Shown here: positions 47,191-58,344 of the stretch, piece by piece
Layout of the letters: every line of letters begins with the position of its first letter
How positions within the stretch are numbered: the first letter of the stretch is position 1
NCBI GenBank assembly: GCA_965203175.1
Contig: OZ241867.1
Span: forward strand, 576,001-640,000
DNA length: 64,000 nucleotides
Origin: Candidatus Latescibacterota bacterium
GTDB taxonomy: Bacteria; Latescibacterota; UBA2968; UBA8231
Direction of reading: 5' to 3'
The notes under the pieces: generated by a model
Database searches by the model: none
What the model saw: the letters and a program-made list of their open reading frames with translations, nothing else
What the model was told of the DNA's origin: nothing
Translations under genes and position numbers: made by a program

Positions 47191-48435
47191 GTGAAGACTC
47201 AGGTCACAGAGAAGGGTCAGTGGGCGCGCGAGCTAGCCGTTGAAGTCGAGGCCGCGCGCATCGACTCCGCCGTCAATAAAGCACTGCGTCGCTACCAAAA
47301 GCGGCTGGAGATCCCAGGCTTCCGCAAGGGCAAAGTGCCGCTCAGGATCGTCGAGGCACGCTTCGGCAGTTCCATCCGCGGCGAAGTCCTCGGCGATCTC
47401 CTCCCCTCGCTGCTAGAAGAGGCCGCGCGCGAGGCGGGCCTGCGACCGGCCGCACCACCCAAAATCTCCCAACTCGACCACGAGCCAGGGGGAAGCCTAA
47501 CTTTTACGGCGGATCTCGACATCTGGCCCGAGATCGAAGCCGAGCACTACGAAAACCTCGCCGCCACCCGCATGGTGCACGAGGTGGCCGACGAGGAAAT
47601 CGGCGAACACTTAGAGGAACTGCGCCGCCGCCACGCCACCGAACAAGTCGTCGAGCGGCCGCTGGCCGAAGGCGATGTGCTCGTCGCGGATTTGCAGCGC
47701 CTCGACGAGAGCGGCTTGCCCGTCATTGGCGACAAGTACGAGAAACGCCACATCCTCATCGGCGACGAGAATGCCCTCAGCCCTGAGTTTGAAGAGGCTC
47801 TCGTCGGCATGAGTGCTGGCGAAGAGCGCAAGGTCCGCTTCGCCTACCGCGAGGACCTACCTAACGAACAGCTCGCCGGCCAGACCGCGCATTTCGCGGT
47901 GGCAGCCCACGAAGTGCGCGAGCGCACTTTGCCCGAACTCGACGATGAGTTCGCCAAAGACCTCGGCGAACAGTTCCAGACCCTCGACGACTTGCGCCAG
48001 CACCTCAGCGGGCAAATCCAAGAGCGCTGGGAATACATGGCCCAGCAGCGCCTGCGCAGCGAGTTGATCAGCCAGCTCATCCTAAAAAACGACTTCGAAC
48101 TGCCCGAAAGCATGGTAGAGAACTACCTCCACTCACTCGAGCGAGAGCAGGCCGGTCACGACCGCGACCGCGACCCCGACCCCGACCGCAGCCACAGCGA
48201 CGAAGAACGCGCCCAAGCCACGCGCCAACTCAAGAGCTATCTACTGCTCGAAAGCGTGCGCCAACAAGCAGGAGTCGAAGTAACGGACGCGGAGTTTGCC
48301 CAATTCGCCGCCGAGCGTGCCGGCGGCCAACCTGCCGACTTGCAGAACGCGGAAGGGTTGCGGCGCGAACTGGAAGACCAAAAGGTTTTTGATTTGCTCA
48401 TCGCCAAAGCTGACATCAAAGAAGAAAAGGTATAA
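47191..48435 (+). CDS. tig: Trigger factor
   Basis: [30 protein letters not shown]; tRNA-Leu-tig-clpP-clpX synteny. Confidence 0.93.
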   Translation: MKTQVTEKGQWARELAVEVEAARIDSAVNKALRRYQKRLEIPGFRKGKVPLRIVEARFGSSIRGEVLGDLLPSLLEEAAREAGLRPAAPPKISQLDHEPGGSLTFTADLDIWPEIEAEHYENLAATRMVHEVADEEIGEHLEELRRRHATEQVVERPLAEGDVLVADLQRLDESGLPVIGDKYEKRHILIGDENALSPEFEEALVGMSAGEERKVRFAYREDLPNEQLAGQTAHFAVAAHEVRERTLPELDDEFAKDLGEQFQTLDDLRQHLSGQIQERWEYMAQQRLRSELISQLILKNDFELPESMVENYLHSLEREQAGHDRDRDPDPDRSHSDEERAQATRQLKSYLLLESVRQQAGVEVTDAEFAQFAAERAGGQPADLQNAEGLRRELEDQKVFDLLIAKADIKEEKV

Positions 48436-48437
48436 TC

Positions 48438-49046
48438 ATGTCGCTGATTCCAATGGTCATCGAACAGACGGGCCGGGGCGAACGCTCATACGACATTTAC
48501 TCGCGGCTGCTCAAGGACCGCATCATCTTCGTGGGCACTCCGATCAACGACGCGATTGCCAACCTCGTTATCGCCCAGATGCTCTTTCTCGCTTCTGAAG
48601 ATCCCAAAAAGGACATCGCGCTCTATCTCAATACCCCCGGCGGGCTAGTCTCGGCGGGCATGGCCATCTACGATACCATGCAATACGTGGCCGCCGACAT
48701 ATCCACGATCTGCATCGGCCAAGCATCCAGTATGGGAGCCGTGCTATTGGCCGGCGGCACCAAGGGCAAGCGCCAAGCCCTACCCAACGCCCGCGTCTTG
48801 CTGCACCAGCCCATGGGGGGGATCGGCGGTCAAGCGGCCGATATGGAAATCCACGCCCGCGAGATCATCGCCATGCGCCAGCAGATCAACGAGGTCCTAG
48901 TCGATTGCACCGGGCAGCCACTAGAGCGCATTGAGCTCGACACCGAGCGCGACTTCTTCATGTCGGCCGCAGCAGCCGTCGAATACGGCATCATCGACGA
49001 GATCATCGCTCCATCTCGCGTCGAGGTAGCCCCTTCCTCCGTATAG
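48438..49046 (+). CDS. clpP: ATP-dependent Clp protease proteolytic subunit
   Basis: [27 protein letters not shown]. Confidence 0.97.
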   Translation: MSLIPMVIEQTGRGERSYDIYSRLLKDRIIFVGTPINDAIANLVIAQMLFLASEDPKKDIALYLNTPGGLVSAGMAIYDTMQYVAADISTICIGQASSMGAVLLAGGTKGKRQALPNARVLLHQPMGGIGGQAADMEIHAREIIAMRQQINEVLVDCTGQPLERIELDTERDFFMSAAAAVEYGIIDEIIAPSRVEVAPSSV

Positions 49047-49055
49047 GAGCCTATT

Positions 49056-50303
49056 TTGCGCCGTCGGCCCCCCAAAAGCGATCCGCGCTGCTCGTTCTGC
49101 GGGCGCAGTGACAGCCAAGTTGACAAGATCATAACCGGCCCCCAGGTCTATATCTGCAACGAGTGCGTCAAGCTGTGCAACGACGTACTGGCCGAAGAGC
49201 GGCAAAAGACCCTCCCCTGGGAGACCGCAGAGATGCCCAAGCCGGGCCAAATCAAGGATTTTCTCGACGAATACGTGATTGCCCAAGAGCGGGCCAAGAA
49301 AATCCTCGCGGTCGCCGTGTACAACCACTACAAGCGCATTCGCACCAAAGTCGACTTAGACGAGGTGGAGCTCGAAAAAAGCAACGTAATGCTCATCGGC
49401 CCCACTGGCACCGGCAAGACCGAACTGGCCAAAACTCTCGCAAAATTCCTGCAAGTTCCCTTCTCCATTGCCGACGCGACCATTCTCACCGAGGCCGGCT
49501 ACGTGGGCGAGGACGTGGAGAACATCCTCGTAGGCCTTTTGCAAGCAGCCGATTACGATGTGCCCCGCGCCGAAAGGGGCATCCTCTATCTCGACGAGGT
49601 TGACAAGATCGCCCGCAAGAGTGCCACGCCTTCGGTCGGCCGCGACGTGTCGGGCGAAGGCGTGCAGCAAGCACTGCTCAAAATTTTGGAGGGCACCACC
49701 GCCAATATCCCGCCCAAGGGAGGCCGCAAGCACCCTGAACAGCCGATGATCCAGATGGATACCCGCAACATTCTCTTCGTCTGCGGCGGAGCCTTCGAGG
49801 GGCTAGACAAGGTCATCAGCCAACGGGTCGGCAAGCGCACCATGGGCTTTGGAGCCGACGGCGACGAGCGCGACTCCGACGCTCCAGACGTATTGCCGCT
49901 GGTGCAACCCGAAGATCTGCTCGCCTACGGCATGATCCCCGAATTTGTCGGCCGCGTACCGGTCATCACCACCATGGACGCGCTCGCCGAGGACGACTTG
50001 TTCCGCATCCTCACCGAGCCGCACGACGCCATCATCAAGCAGTCTCAGCGGCTCTTCGCCATGGACGGGGTCGAGGTCGAGTTCACCGAAGACGCCCTGC
50101 GCAAGATAGTGGCCCTGACCGTTCACAAGGGCACGGGGGCCCGCGGCCTGCGCTCCGTCCTAGAGCAGGCCATGATGGACATCATGTTCGATATTCCCTC
50201 TCAGAAGGGCGTGACGCGTCTGCAAGTTACGGGCGAGATGATCGAGCGCGGGATTGAGCAGTACAGCAGCGAAGACGAAGAGATACAGCGCAAACGCGCC
50301 TAA
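49056..50303 (+). CDS. clpX: Clp protease ATP-binding subunit
   Basis: CSFCG/CNEC zinc finger, [37 protein letters not shown]. Confidence 0.97.
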   Translation: MRRRPPKSDPRCSFCGRSDSQVDKIITGPQVYICNECVKLCNDVLAEERQKTLPWETAEMPKPGQIKDFLDEYVIAQERAKKILAVAVYNHYKRIRTKVDLDEVELEKSNVMLIGPTGTGKTELAKTLAKFLQVPFSIADATILTEAGYVGEDVENILVGLLQAADYDVPRAERGILYLDEVDKIARKSATPSVGRDVSGEGVQQALLKILEGTTANIPPKGGRKHPEQPMIQMDTRNILFVCGGAFEGLDKVISQRVGKRTMGFGADGDERDSDAPDVLPLVQPEDLLAYGMIPEFVGRVPVITTMDALAEDDLFRILTEPHDAIIKQSQRLFAMDGVEVEFTEDALRKIVALTVHKGTGARGLRSVLEQAMMDIMFDIPSQKGVTRLQVTGEMIERGIEQYSSEDEEIQRKRA

Positions 50304-50320
50304 TCTCCAAACCCCGGCGT

Positions 50321-50914
50321 ATGCGCTTTTCCTCTGTCGAATTCAAAATTGGTGCCGTCCGCACGGCCGATCTGCCCGTGGACGGCTTGCCCGAAATCGC
50401 CTTAGTAGGCCGCTCCAACGTCGGCAAGTCCTCGCTGATCAACAGGTTGGTGCAGCGCAAGAAGCTGGCGCGTACCAGCACGGTACCTGGCAAGACCCAG
50501 CAGTTGAACTACTATCTGGCCAACGAGCAGTTCTACTTGGTTGATCTGCCTGGCTATGGGTATGTGCGCGGCGGCGTGGGCTTGCGCTTACAGCTCGGCC
50601 AACTCATCCGCAGCTACATGGCCAACCGCGAAGCGCTGTGCGCGGTGTTGCAGCTCGTCGATGCCCGGCGCGGCCCCACCGATTTGGATCAGCAGATGAT
50701 CGACCATTTGCGCACCCTCGATAAGCCCTTCCTGCTGGTCTTTACCAAAGCGGATAAACTGTCGCGCAACAAGCTGCAACACCTATTCGACCAGCTCGAT
50801 GCCCAAGGGTCGCTCGCCGGCCTTTCCTTTGTGCCCTTCTCGGCAGTCGATGGCCGCGGGCAGGACGACATTACCGGGTGGATCGCTGAGGCGCTAGTCG
50901 GCAACGCAACCTGA
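50321..50914 (+). CDS. engB: Ribosome biogenesis GTPase YihA/YsxC
   Basis: GRSNVGKSS, PGKT, DLPGYG, TKADK. Confidence 0.95.
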   Translation: MRFSSVEFKIGAVRTADLPVDGLPEIALVGRSNVGKSSLINRLVQRKKLARTSTVPGKTQQLNYYLANEQFYLVDLPGYGYVRGGVGLRLQLGQLIRSYMANREALCAVLQLVDARRGPTDLDQQMIDHLRTLDKPFLLVFTKADKLSRNKLQHLFDQLDAQGSLAGLSFVPFSAVDGRGQDDITGWIAEALVGNAT

Positions 50915-50923
50915 AGAGGACCT

Positions 50924-52504
50924 TTGAAAGTACTGATCAGCGACAAGATGGACCCCCGCTGCGTCGAGATTCTCGAAGCCAATAACGGGGTCGCAGTGGA
51001 CGTGCGCAGTGAATTGTCGCTGCGCGCGCTCCTAGACTGCATCGGCGACTACGAAGGACTCGTCGTGCGTAGCGCGACCACTGTGACGGCCGAGGTGCTC
51101 GCCGCCGCGTCACGCCTCCGGGTCATTGGCCGCGCTGGCACGGGCTTCGACAACATCGACGTAGAAGCGGCAACGCGCCACGGCGTCATCGTCATGAACA
51201 CCCCAGGCGGCAATTCCCTATCGACCGCCGAGCACACCTTCGCGCTCATATCCTCCCTCGCACGGCACATCCCCCAGGCGACGTCCTCGCTTAAAAAGGG
51301 GCTGTGGGAACGCAACCAATTCGTCGGCGTCGAACTGGCCGGCAAGACCCTCGCCGTGATCGGCTTGGGCCGCGTAGGGAGGGAGGTGGCCGCGCGCGCT
51401 GCGGCCTTTCGCATGAAGGTCCTCGGCTACGATCCCTACATTGGCCAAGAGATGGCCCTCTCCTACGGCGCACATCTGGCATCTCTCGAAGAGATCTACG
51501 CTACCGCAGATTTCATCACGGTCCACACCCATCTTAGCGACCAGACTCGGCACCTGATTTCCGACGCCGAGATCGCGCAGTGCAAAGACGGGGTCTATCT
51601 AATCAACTGCGCCCGTGGCGGCATCATTGACGAGGAGGCCCTCCTGCGCGGCTTGAACTCGGGCAAGGTCGCCGGTGTCGCCCTAGACGTCTTTGAGGAG
51701 GAGCCGCCGACCCTCGTGGACCTCTTGGTTGACGACCGCGTGATCTGCACGCCACACTTGGCGGCCTCCACCAAGGAAGCCCAAGCCAACGTCGCCCTGC
51801 AGGTGGCCGAACAGGTCGGCGACGTGCTGATGGGTCGCGTCATTCGCAACGCGGTCAACGCCCCTTCGGTCGATCCCGAGATCCACGGCAAGCTCCAGCC
51901 TTATCTCGTGCTGGCCGAGCGGCTAGGTCGCCTGCAAGCCCAACTCGGCGAGGGACAGCTAGAGCGCATCACCATCGAATACCAAGGCGACATCACCGCC
52001 TATCCGACCTCGCCGTTGACCTCGGCCGTACTCAAGGGAATTATGGAGACCGTCTCGGATGCGGCAGTCAATGTGGTCAATGCGCTGCTCTTCGCGCAGG
52101 AGCGCGGCGTGCAAGTCGATGAGCGGCTCAGCAGCGAGCACGAGGACTACGCCAGCCTTATCACCGTGGTGTATCACACCAGCAAAGGGCAGCGCCTGCT
52201 CGCGGGCACGATCTTCGGCAAGAGCGACCCGCGCCTCGTGCACCTCGACGAGTACATTTTCGACGCCGTCCCAGAGGGACACATGCTCTTTTACATCAAC
52301 GACGATGTCCCGGGCATCATCGGCCAAATCGGCACGGTCATGGGCAGCCACAATGTCAACATCGCCCAGATGTCGTGTGGGCGTCGCCAAATGGGCGGCC
52401 AAGCCCTGACCATTCTCAACGTCGACGACCCGATCACCATCGACGTAGTTGACGATATTCTCTCTCGGGAGTACATCTCCTGGGCCAAACAAGTCAGTCT
52501 TTAA
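50924..52504 (+). CDS. serA: D-3-phosphoglycerate dehydrogenase
   Basis: VRSAT.VT, GRAG.G.DN, GLGRVG, NCARGG, TPHLAAST.EAQ, ASB and ACT domains. Confidence 0.95.
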   Translation: MKVLISDKMDPRCVEILEANNGVAVDVRSELSLRALLDCIGDYEGLVVRSATTVTAEVLAAASRLRVIGRAGTGFDNIDVEAATRHGVIVMNTPGGNSLSTAEHTFALISSLARHIPQATSSLKKGLWERNQFVGVELAGKTLAVIGLGRVGREVAARAAAFRMKVLGYDPYIGQEMALSYGAHLASLEEIYATADFITVHTHLSDQTRHLISDAEIAQCKDGVYLINCARGGIIDEEALLRGLNSGKVAGVALDVFEEEPPTLVDLLVDDRVICTPHLAASTKEAQANVALQVAEQVGDVLMGRVIRNAVNAPSVDPEIHGKLQPYLVLAERLGRLQAQLGEGQLERITIEYQGDITAYPTSPLTSAVLKGIMETVSDAAVNVVNALLFAQERGVQVDERLSSEHEDYASLITVVYHTSKGQRLLAGTIFGKSDPRLVHLDEYIFDAVPEGHMLFYINDDVPGIIGQIGTVMGSHNVNIAQMSCGRRQMGGQALTILNVDDPITIDVVDDILSREYISWAKQVSL

Positions 52505-52519
52505 GCACGGGAGTACACA

Positions 52520-53800
52520 ATGCCCGCGAAAATAGTATTAGGAGCGCAGTGGGGCGACGAGGGCAAGGCCAAAGTCGTCGATTACCTCACGTCCGCCGCC
52601 GACGTGGTGGTGCGCTATCAAGGTGGGGCCAACGCCGGTCACACAGTCGTCACCGGCGACACTGAGTTTATCTTCCACACCATCCCCTCGGGCATCATGC
52701 ACGAGGGTAAAATCTGCGTGGTGGGCAACGGGGTGGTCGTCGATCCAGCCACTATGCTCAATGAGATCGCCGAGTTGGAGGCCAAGGGTTTTTCCGTGGC
52801 CAACCGCTTCTTTCTCAGCCAAGTTGCCCACGTCGTAATGCCCTACCACAAGGTCTTGGAAAAGGCCGGGGAAGAGAGCAAAAACGGCGTCGCCATCGGC
52901 ACGACCGGCCGCGGCATCGGCCCGGCTTATCGCGACAAAGTCGAGCGCAGCCACGGAGTGCGCGTCATGGATTTGTGCGACCCGGCGCGATTGCGCGACA
53001 AGCTCCGAGCCAGCATTTCCGCCAAAAACGAAATCCTGACCAAGGTCTTTGGTCAAGAGCCGCTAGAGGCCGGCCCCATCATCGACGCGTACATCGGCTA
53101 CGGCGAGCAACTCGCCCCATACGTCGCCGACACCTCTCTCCTGCTCAACCAAGCCCTCGACCAAGGCAAAACGGTCCTCTGCGAGGGGGCGCAAGGGACC
53201 TTGCTCGACATTGACCACGGCACCTATCCCTACGTCACCTCCTCCAACACCACGGCGGGTGGAGCCTGCACGGGTGCTGGTATCGGTCCCACGCGGATCG
53301 CCGAGGTCATCGGCGTGACCAAAGCGTACACTACGCGGGTGGGCAACGGGCCTTTTCCCACCGAGTTACTAGGGGAAGAAGGCGAGCGCCTGCGCGGCTT
53401 GGGCCGCGAGTACGGAGCTACCACCGGCCGGCCGCGGCGCTGCGGCTGGTTCGACGCCGCCATCTTGCGGGTCTCGGCCCGCATCAACGGTCTGACCAGC
53501 ATCGCTCTGACCCGGCTCGACGTACTCGACCAATGCGAGCACCTCAAACTGGGCGTTGGCTACCGCTGCGGCGACCAAGTGCTGGAGGAATTTCCCGCCG
53601 ACCCGCAGGTACTCGACCAATGCGAGCCGATCTACGAAGAAATGGCCGGCTGGTGTGCTCCGACTACCGCCGCCCGCTGTTTTGACGACCTGCCGCCGCA
53701 AGCGCAGGCTTATGTAGAGCGGATCGCCGAGTTGGGCCGAGCGCCGGTCTCCCTGATTTCCGTAGGACCGGAGCGCGAAGCCACTATCCCCCTCGCCTGA
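52520..53800 (+). CDS. purA: Adenylosuccinate synthetase
   Basis: QWGDEGK, GGANAGHT, EGAQG, YPYVTSS, GATTGRPRRCGW. Confidence 0.97.
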   Translation: MPAKIVLGAQWGDEGKAKVVDYLTSAADVVVRYQGGANAGHTVVTGDTEFIFHTIPSGIMHEGKICVVGNGVVVDPATMLNEIAELEAKGFSVANRFFLSQVAHVVMPYHKVLEKAGEESKNGVAIGTTGRGIGPAYRDKVERSHGVRVMDLCDPARLRDKLRASISAKNEILTKVFGQEPLEAGPIIDAYIGYGEQLAPYVADTSLLLNQALDQGKTVLCEGAQGTLLDIDHGTYPYVTSSNTTAGGACTGAGIGPTRIAEVIGVTKAYTTRVGNGPFPTELLGEEGERLRGLGREYGATTGRPRRCGWFDAAILRVSARINGLTSIALTRLDVLDQCEHLKLGVGYRCGDQVLEEFPADPQVLDQCEPIYEEMAGWCAPTTAARCFDDLPPQAQAYVERIAELGRAPVSLISVGPEREATIPLA

Positions 53801-53803
53801 GCC

Positions 53804-54715
53804 ATGCTACTCAACCCCGCGCCCGCCGAGTCCAAGCCGCACGCCTTGCGCCGCCTGATGGCCGAGAAAACCCTGACCTTGCCCGGGGCCTTCAACGCAC
53901 CCGTGGCCATGCTCGCCGAACGCATTGGCTTTGAGGCCGTGTACATTTCCGGGGCTGGTCTAGCCAACGGCACGGCCGGCTACCCAGACGTCGGCCTGTT
54001 GGGCATGGACGAAATGGCGCGCCAAGCCGGCTACATTGCCAACGCAGTCCAAGTGCCCTGCATTTGCGATGCAGACACCGGGTTTGGCGAGGTCTGGCAG
54101 GTGATGCGCACAGTGCGCGCGTACGAGCGCGAGGGCTTAGCCGGGTTGCACTTAGAGGACCAAGTCATGCCCAAGCGCTGCGGCCACCTCGACGGCAAGG
54201 CCCTGATCGAGGTCGAAGAAATGGAGCGCAAGATCGCCGCGGCCTGTGCGGCGCGGCAAGACCCGGACTTTGTCATCATCGCCCGCTGCGACGCCCGCGC
54301 CGTCGAGGGCTTTGAACAGAGCGTCGAGCGTGGCCAACGCTACCTGGCAGCCGGCGCGGACGCGATCTTTCCCGAAGCCATGCAGAGCGCCGAGGAATTC
54401 GCCCGTTACGCCGAGCAAGTCAAAGGCTCACTCCTCGCCAACATGACCGAATTCGGCAAATCGCCGTACCTATCAGTCGCGGAGTTCGCCGCGATGGGAT
54501 ACCGCCTCGTGATTTTCCCTATGAGCGCGTTCCGCACCATGATGAAGGCCGTCGAAGGGCTGTTCTGCGAACTGAAAGAAAAGGGCACTTTAGAAGGCAC
54601 CCTCGGACAGATGCAGACGCGAGACGAACTCTACGAACTACTCGGCTACGACGAGTACACCAAACTAGACGCAGCATTGGCCAACCGCTTTCCAGCGAAC
54701 GAAGAAAACCGCTGA
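53804..54715 (+). CDS. prpB: 2-methylisocitrate lyase
   Basis: DADTGFG, LEDQ..PKRCGH, NMTEFGKS; adjacent citrate synthase-family gene. Confidence 0.9.
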   Translation: MLLNPAPAESKPHALRRLMAEKTLTLPGAFNAPVAMLAERIGFEAVYISGAGLANGTAGYPDVGLLGMDEMARQAGYIANAVQVPCICDADTGFGEVWQVMRTVRAYEREGLAGLHLEDQVMPKRCGHLDGKALIEVEEMERKIAAACAARQDPDFVIIARCDARAVEGFEQSVERGQRYLAAGADAIFPEAMQSAEEFARYAEQVKGSLLANMTEFGKSPYLSVAEFAAMGYRLVIFPMSAFRTMMKAVEGLFCELKEKGTLEGTLGQMQTRDELYELLGYDEYTKLDAALANRFPANEENR

Positions 54716-54770
54716 ATTACTAGCCTCAAATCCACCCACTACCAACACTTTCCATAGAGAGACATACAGA

Positions 54771-55901
54771 ATGACCGACAAATCCTATAGTCCCGGCCTC
54801 GAAGGCGTCATCGCCGGCGAGTCCGCCCTTTCGCGCATCGATATCGATATCAACCGCCTGATCCTGTACGGCTACGACCTAGTCGAACTGACCGAAAACG
54901 CCTCCTACGAAGAGGTCGCCTACTTGCTACTCTACGGCGAGTTGCCGACAGTTGCCGAGTTGGCAGAATTCAACCAACAACTGCGCTCGCAGCGCGACCT
55001 GCCCGGCCCGGTCGTCGACCTGTTGCGCTCCGCACCGGTGAACGCCCACCCCATGGATCTGTTGCGCACTGCGGTATCGTCCCTGGCGTTTTTCGACGCC
55101 GAGACCCCCGACAACAGCCACGATGCCAATGTGCGCAAGGCCGAACGCTTGCTGGCCAAAATTCCCACTGCACTCGCCTATGGCTATCGCTTCTCGCAGG
55201 GCCTAGAGCCGGTAGCCCCCGACACCGAGCTAGACCACGCGGCCAATCTGCTCTACATGCTGCGCGGCGAAGCACCACCCGCGTACGAAGTAGAGGTCAT
55301 GAACACTTCGCTGATCCTCTATGCCGAGCACGGGTACAATGCCTCTACGTTCACCGCACGGGTCGTAGCCTCGACGCTCGCCGACATGTACGCCGCTATA
55401 ACCGCGGCCATTGGCGCCCTGCACGGCCCCCTGCACGGCGGTGCCAACGAGGCGGCCATGCACATGCTCTTGGAGATAGATTCGCCCGCGGCGGCCGAGC
55501 AGTGGGTCCTCGACGCGCTGGCGCAAAAAAAGAAGATCATGGGCTTTGGACATCGGGAATACAAAAGCGGCGACTCGCGGGTGCCGAAGATGAAGAAGGT
55601 TGGCCGTCAAATCGCCGCAGCCATCGGCGACACCAAGTGGCCAGATCTAGCCGACGTAGTCGAAGAGACGATGATGCGCGAAAAGGGCATCTTCCCCAAC
55701 GTCGATTTCCCCTGCGCGTACACCTACTACATGATGGGCATCCCGATCCCGCTCTACACCCCCATCTTCGTGGCCAGCCGCGTGGTAGGCTGGGCCGCGC
55801 ACGTGATCGAACAGCACGACGCCAACCGACTCATCCGCCCCAACCACATCTACACTGGACCGGAGCACCGCGCATTCGTCGCACTCGGCGACCGGGGCTG
55901 A
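54771..55901 (+). CDS. prpC: 2-methylcitrate/citrate synthase
   Basis: GLEGV, EH.YNASTF, GPLHGGANE, MGFGHR, PNVDF; follows prpB. Confidence 0.82.
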   Translation: MTDKSYSPGLEGVIAGESALSRIDIDINRLILYGYDLVELTENASYEEVAYLLLYGELPTVAELAEFNQQLRSQRDLPGPVVDLLRSAPVNAHPMDLLRTAVSSLAFFDAETPDNSHDANVRKAERLLAKIPTALAYGYRFSQGLEPVAPDTELDHAANLLYMLRGEAPPAYEVEVMNTSLILYAEHGYNASTFTARVVASTLADMYAAITAAIGALHGPLHGGANEAAMHMLLEIDSPAAAEQWVLDALAQKKKIMGFGHREYKSGDSRVPKMKKVGRQIAAAIGDTKWPDLADVVEETMMREKGIFPNVDFPCAYTYYMMGIPIPLYTPIFVASRVVGWAAHVIEQHDANRLIRPNHIYTGPEHRAFVALGDRG

Positions 55902-55903
55902 CC

Positions 55904-56428
55904 TCAGCCGCGCACGGCCAGTAACCAAGGCCGCATATCGAGCAAGAAGCGCTGGACTGCATCGCCCTGGTAGTCGGGATACGTCCACTCTAAAGGCCGG
56001 TAGCGTCCTCGCTGATAGAGCAGGGTCACCTCGGCGTAGAGCTGCGGGGCAATGCAGATGCGGTGGCCAGCGCACTTAGTCGTGGCCAATACCAAGCTCT
56101 CGATTGACAGTAGTCCCGGGTCGATATTGGCGCGGCGGCACCCCCCTCGGCTCATCGCCCGCTCCAGCGCCATAGTCTGCGCCTTGACGGTCGCTAGCTC
56201 GGCGGGGTCAATCTGCTCGCCAAAGCACACGAGCTGTTTGCTCAGCCCCGCGCCCATTTCCGCTTCGTAGTACGAGGTAAAATCAAAATCATAGGCCGCA
56301 CTTGTCGCACGCAGGGGGCCGAAGCATTCGGCGAGGCGTTCTTTGGCGTCGGCGAACGTATCAGCGGAGTCGGCCAATACTGCGCAGACTAGTGCGACGG
56401 GCGTGGAGGGTTGGAGATCAATGGGCAT
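55904..56428 (-). CDS. DUF4416 family protein
   Basis: FDFTSYYEAEMG, RRANIDPG, LATTK...HRI, WTYPDY. Confidence 0.85.
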   Translation of the reverse strand: MPIDLQPSTPVALVCAVLADSADTFADAKERLAECFGPLRATSAAYDFDFTSYYEAEMGAGLSKQLVCFGEQIDPAELATVKAQTMALERAMSRGGCRRANIDPGLLSIESLVLATTKCAGHRICIAPQLYAEVTLLYQRGRYRPLEWTYPDYQGDAVQRFLLDMRPWLLAVRG

Positions 56429-56530
56429 CTTGCAACAAAAGGAACAAGACCTAGTCGCGTCAATTTCTGCGGTGGGATCGGTTTACTATTTTATCGCCGC
56501 GACTCCCACCTTCATTCAGGAAAGGCCACT

Positions 56531-57589
56531 ATGCGCATAGAAGACCTCGACACGCCCGCCCTCCTCGTCGATCTCGACGGCTTGGAGGACAACCTCGACC
56601 GCTACCAACGCTACTTTGACGAGCACGGCATTGGCTTGCGGCCCCACATCAAGACCCACAAGTGCGTGGCCATCGCCCATATGCAAATGCGTCGCGGGGC
56701 AATCGGCATCACCTGCCAGAAGCTCGGAGAAGCCGAGGTCATGGCCGAGGGCGGGGTCGATCGCGACATTCTGATTCCCTACAACATCATCGGCGCACAA
56801 AAGCTGGCGCGGCTAGTCGCGCTGGCGCGGGATACCCGGCTGACCATAGCGGCCGATTCCGAATACACCGTGCAAGGGCTATCCGAGGCCGCTACGGCAG
56901 CGGATGTCACCGTGGGCGTGGTCGTCGAACTCGATCGCGGGCGCACCGGCGTAGGCTCGCCCGCTGCGGCTGCGGCCCTAGGCGAAAAAATCGATCAAAC
57001 CCCCAACATCGAACTCCGGGGCATCATGTCCATGCCAGCGACTCCAGACGTGCGGCCGCTAATCCAAGAGACGCTCGCGCACTTCGATCGCAAGGGCCTG
57101 CCGCATCCCATCGTCAGCGGCGGCAGTACGTCGGGCGCATTTATGGCACACGAGATCCCCGAACTGACCGAGTACCGGGCCGGCGAGTACCCTGTCGGCG
57201 GCGTCGGCCATCTCCGCCGGGGAACCCACAGCGTCGATCAGTGCGCTGGCCGAGTGCTGATGACCGTGGTCAGCCGGCCGACCGAGGATCGCGCCATCCT
57301 CGATGGGGGCAGCAAGTCGCTCAGCGCCGCAGTCCATCGCCAGGAGGACGGCTCATCCGTCATGGGCTACATCGTCGAGTACCCCCAAGCCGTCTTCTCC
57401 GGGGCCTCGGAAGAACATGGACATGTCGATCTGTCGGCCTGCGACGACAAACCCCAAATCGGCGAACAGGTGCAAGTCCTGCCGGTTCATCCCTGCCCCT
57501 GTTTCAACGAACACGACCAGATCTTTGCCGTGCGCCGCGGCCGCGTGGAAGCCGTCTGGCCGGTTGACGCCCGCGGGCAGATACGCTGA
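56531..57589 (+). CDS. Fold-type III PLP enzyme (DSD1/D-threonine aldolase family)
   Basis: LDTPAL.VD, RPHIKTHK, QKLGEAE, RTG, SGGST, DGGSK, SEEHG, PVHPC. Confidence 0.88.
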   Translation: MRIEDLDTPALLVDLDGLEDNLDRYQRYFDEHGIGLRPHIKTHKCVAIAHMQMRRGAIGITCQKLGEAEVMAEGGVDRDILIPYNIIGAQKLARLVALARDTRLTIAADSEYTVQGLSEAATAADVTVGVVVELDRGRTGVGSPAAAAALGEKIDQTPNIELRGIMSMPATPDVRPLIQETLAHFDRKGLPHPIVSGGSTSGAFMAHEIPELTEYRAGEYPVGGVGHLRRGTHSVDQCAGRVLMTVVSRPTEDRAILDGGSKSLSAAVHRQEDGSSVMGYIVEYPQAVFSGASEEHGHVDLSACDDKPQIGEQVQVLPVHPCPCFNEHDQIFAVRRGRVEAVWPVDARGQIR

Positions 57590-57601
57590 AAGGAGCGAAT
57601 T

Positions 57602-58303
57602 GTGGATTTTGCCGAATTGAGCGAAAAACTAAAGGTGGCTAGCACGGCGACCCTGACGTCCGTGCTCCGCAACAAAGGACTGCTCAACACCTTCATGCAC
57701 CAAGTCGCGCCCCTCGCGCCCGACATGAAGCTGGTCGGCCGGGCCTTTACCCTGCGCTACATCCCCGCGCGCGAAGACCTCGACGAGGTCCCACTCGACA
57801 ACCTGAAAGACGTGCAACGGATCGGCATTGAGCAGGTAACCACAGGCGACGTGTTCGTCATTGATGCACGCGGCGACACCCGCGCCGGGACCATGGGATC
57901 CATCCTAGCGGCGCGGCTGCAAGTGCGAGGCTGCACGGGGATCGTCACCGATGGGGCCTACCGCGACTCGCCGACCATTGTCGCATCGGGATTGCCCGCA
58001 TACGCCGCGGCCATGAACGCCCACACCAACAAAACCATCCACCACCCCAGCGAAATCCAGGTGCCCATTGCCTGCGGCGGCGTGGCGGTCTTCCCCGGCG
58101 ACATCCTCGTCGGCGACGGCGAAGGGGTTGTGGTCATACCCGCACATCTGGCCGAGGAGGTTGCCGTCGAGGCCGAGGAGATGGAGCAAAAAGAGCGCTT
58201 CATCACCGAGAAAATCCGCGCCGGAGCCAGTATCGTCGGCACTTATCCCCCCGACGAGCAGACCTTGGCCGAGTACCAAGCCTGGAAAGCAAATCAATCG
58301 TAG
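57602..58303 (+). CDS. RraA-like / HMG-CHA aldolase family protein
   Basis: GRAFTLRYIP.RED, VIDARG, VTDGAYRD, GGVAVFPGD..VGDGEGVVVIP. Confidence 0.87.
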   Translation: MDFAELSEKLKVASTATLTSVLRNKGLLNTFMHQVAPLAPDMKLVGRAFTLRYIPAREDLDEVPLDNLKDVQRIGIEQVTTGDVFVIDARGDTRAGTMGSILAARLQVRGCTGIVTDGAYRDSPTIVASGLPAYAAAMNAHTNKTIHHPSEIQVPIACGGVAVFPGDILVGDGEGVVVIPAHLAEEVAVEAEEMEQKERFITEKIRAGASIVGTYPPDEQTLAEYQAWKANQS

Positions 58304-58344
58304 GATCATCGCGATCAATTCGTCGCGCTGTCGAGCAACTTTGC

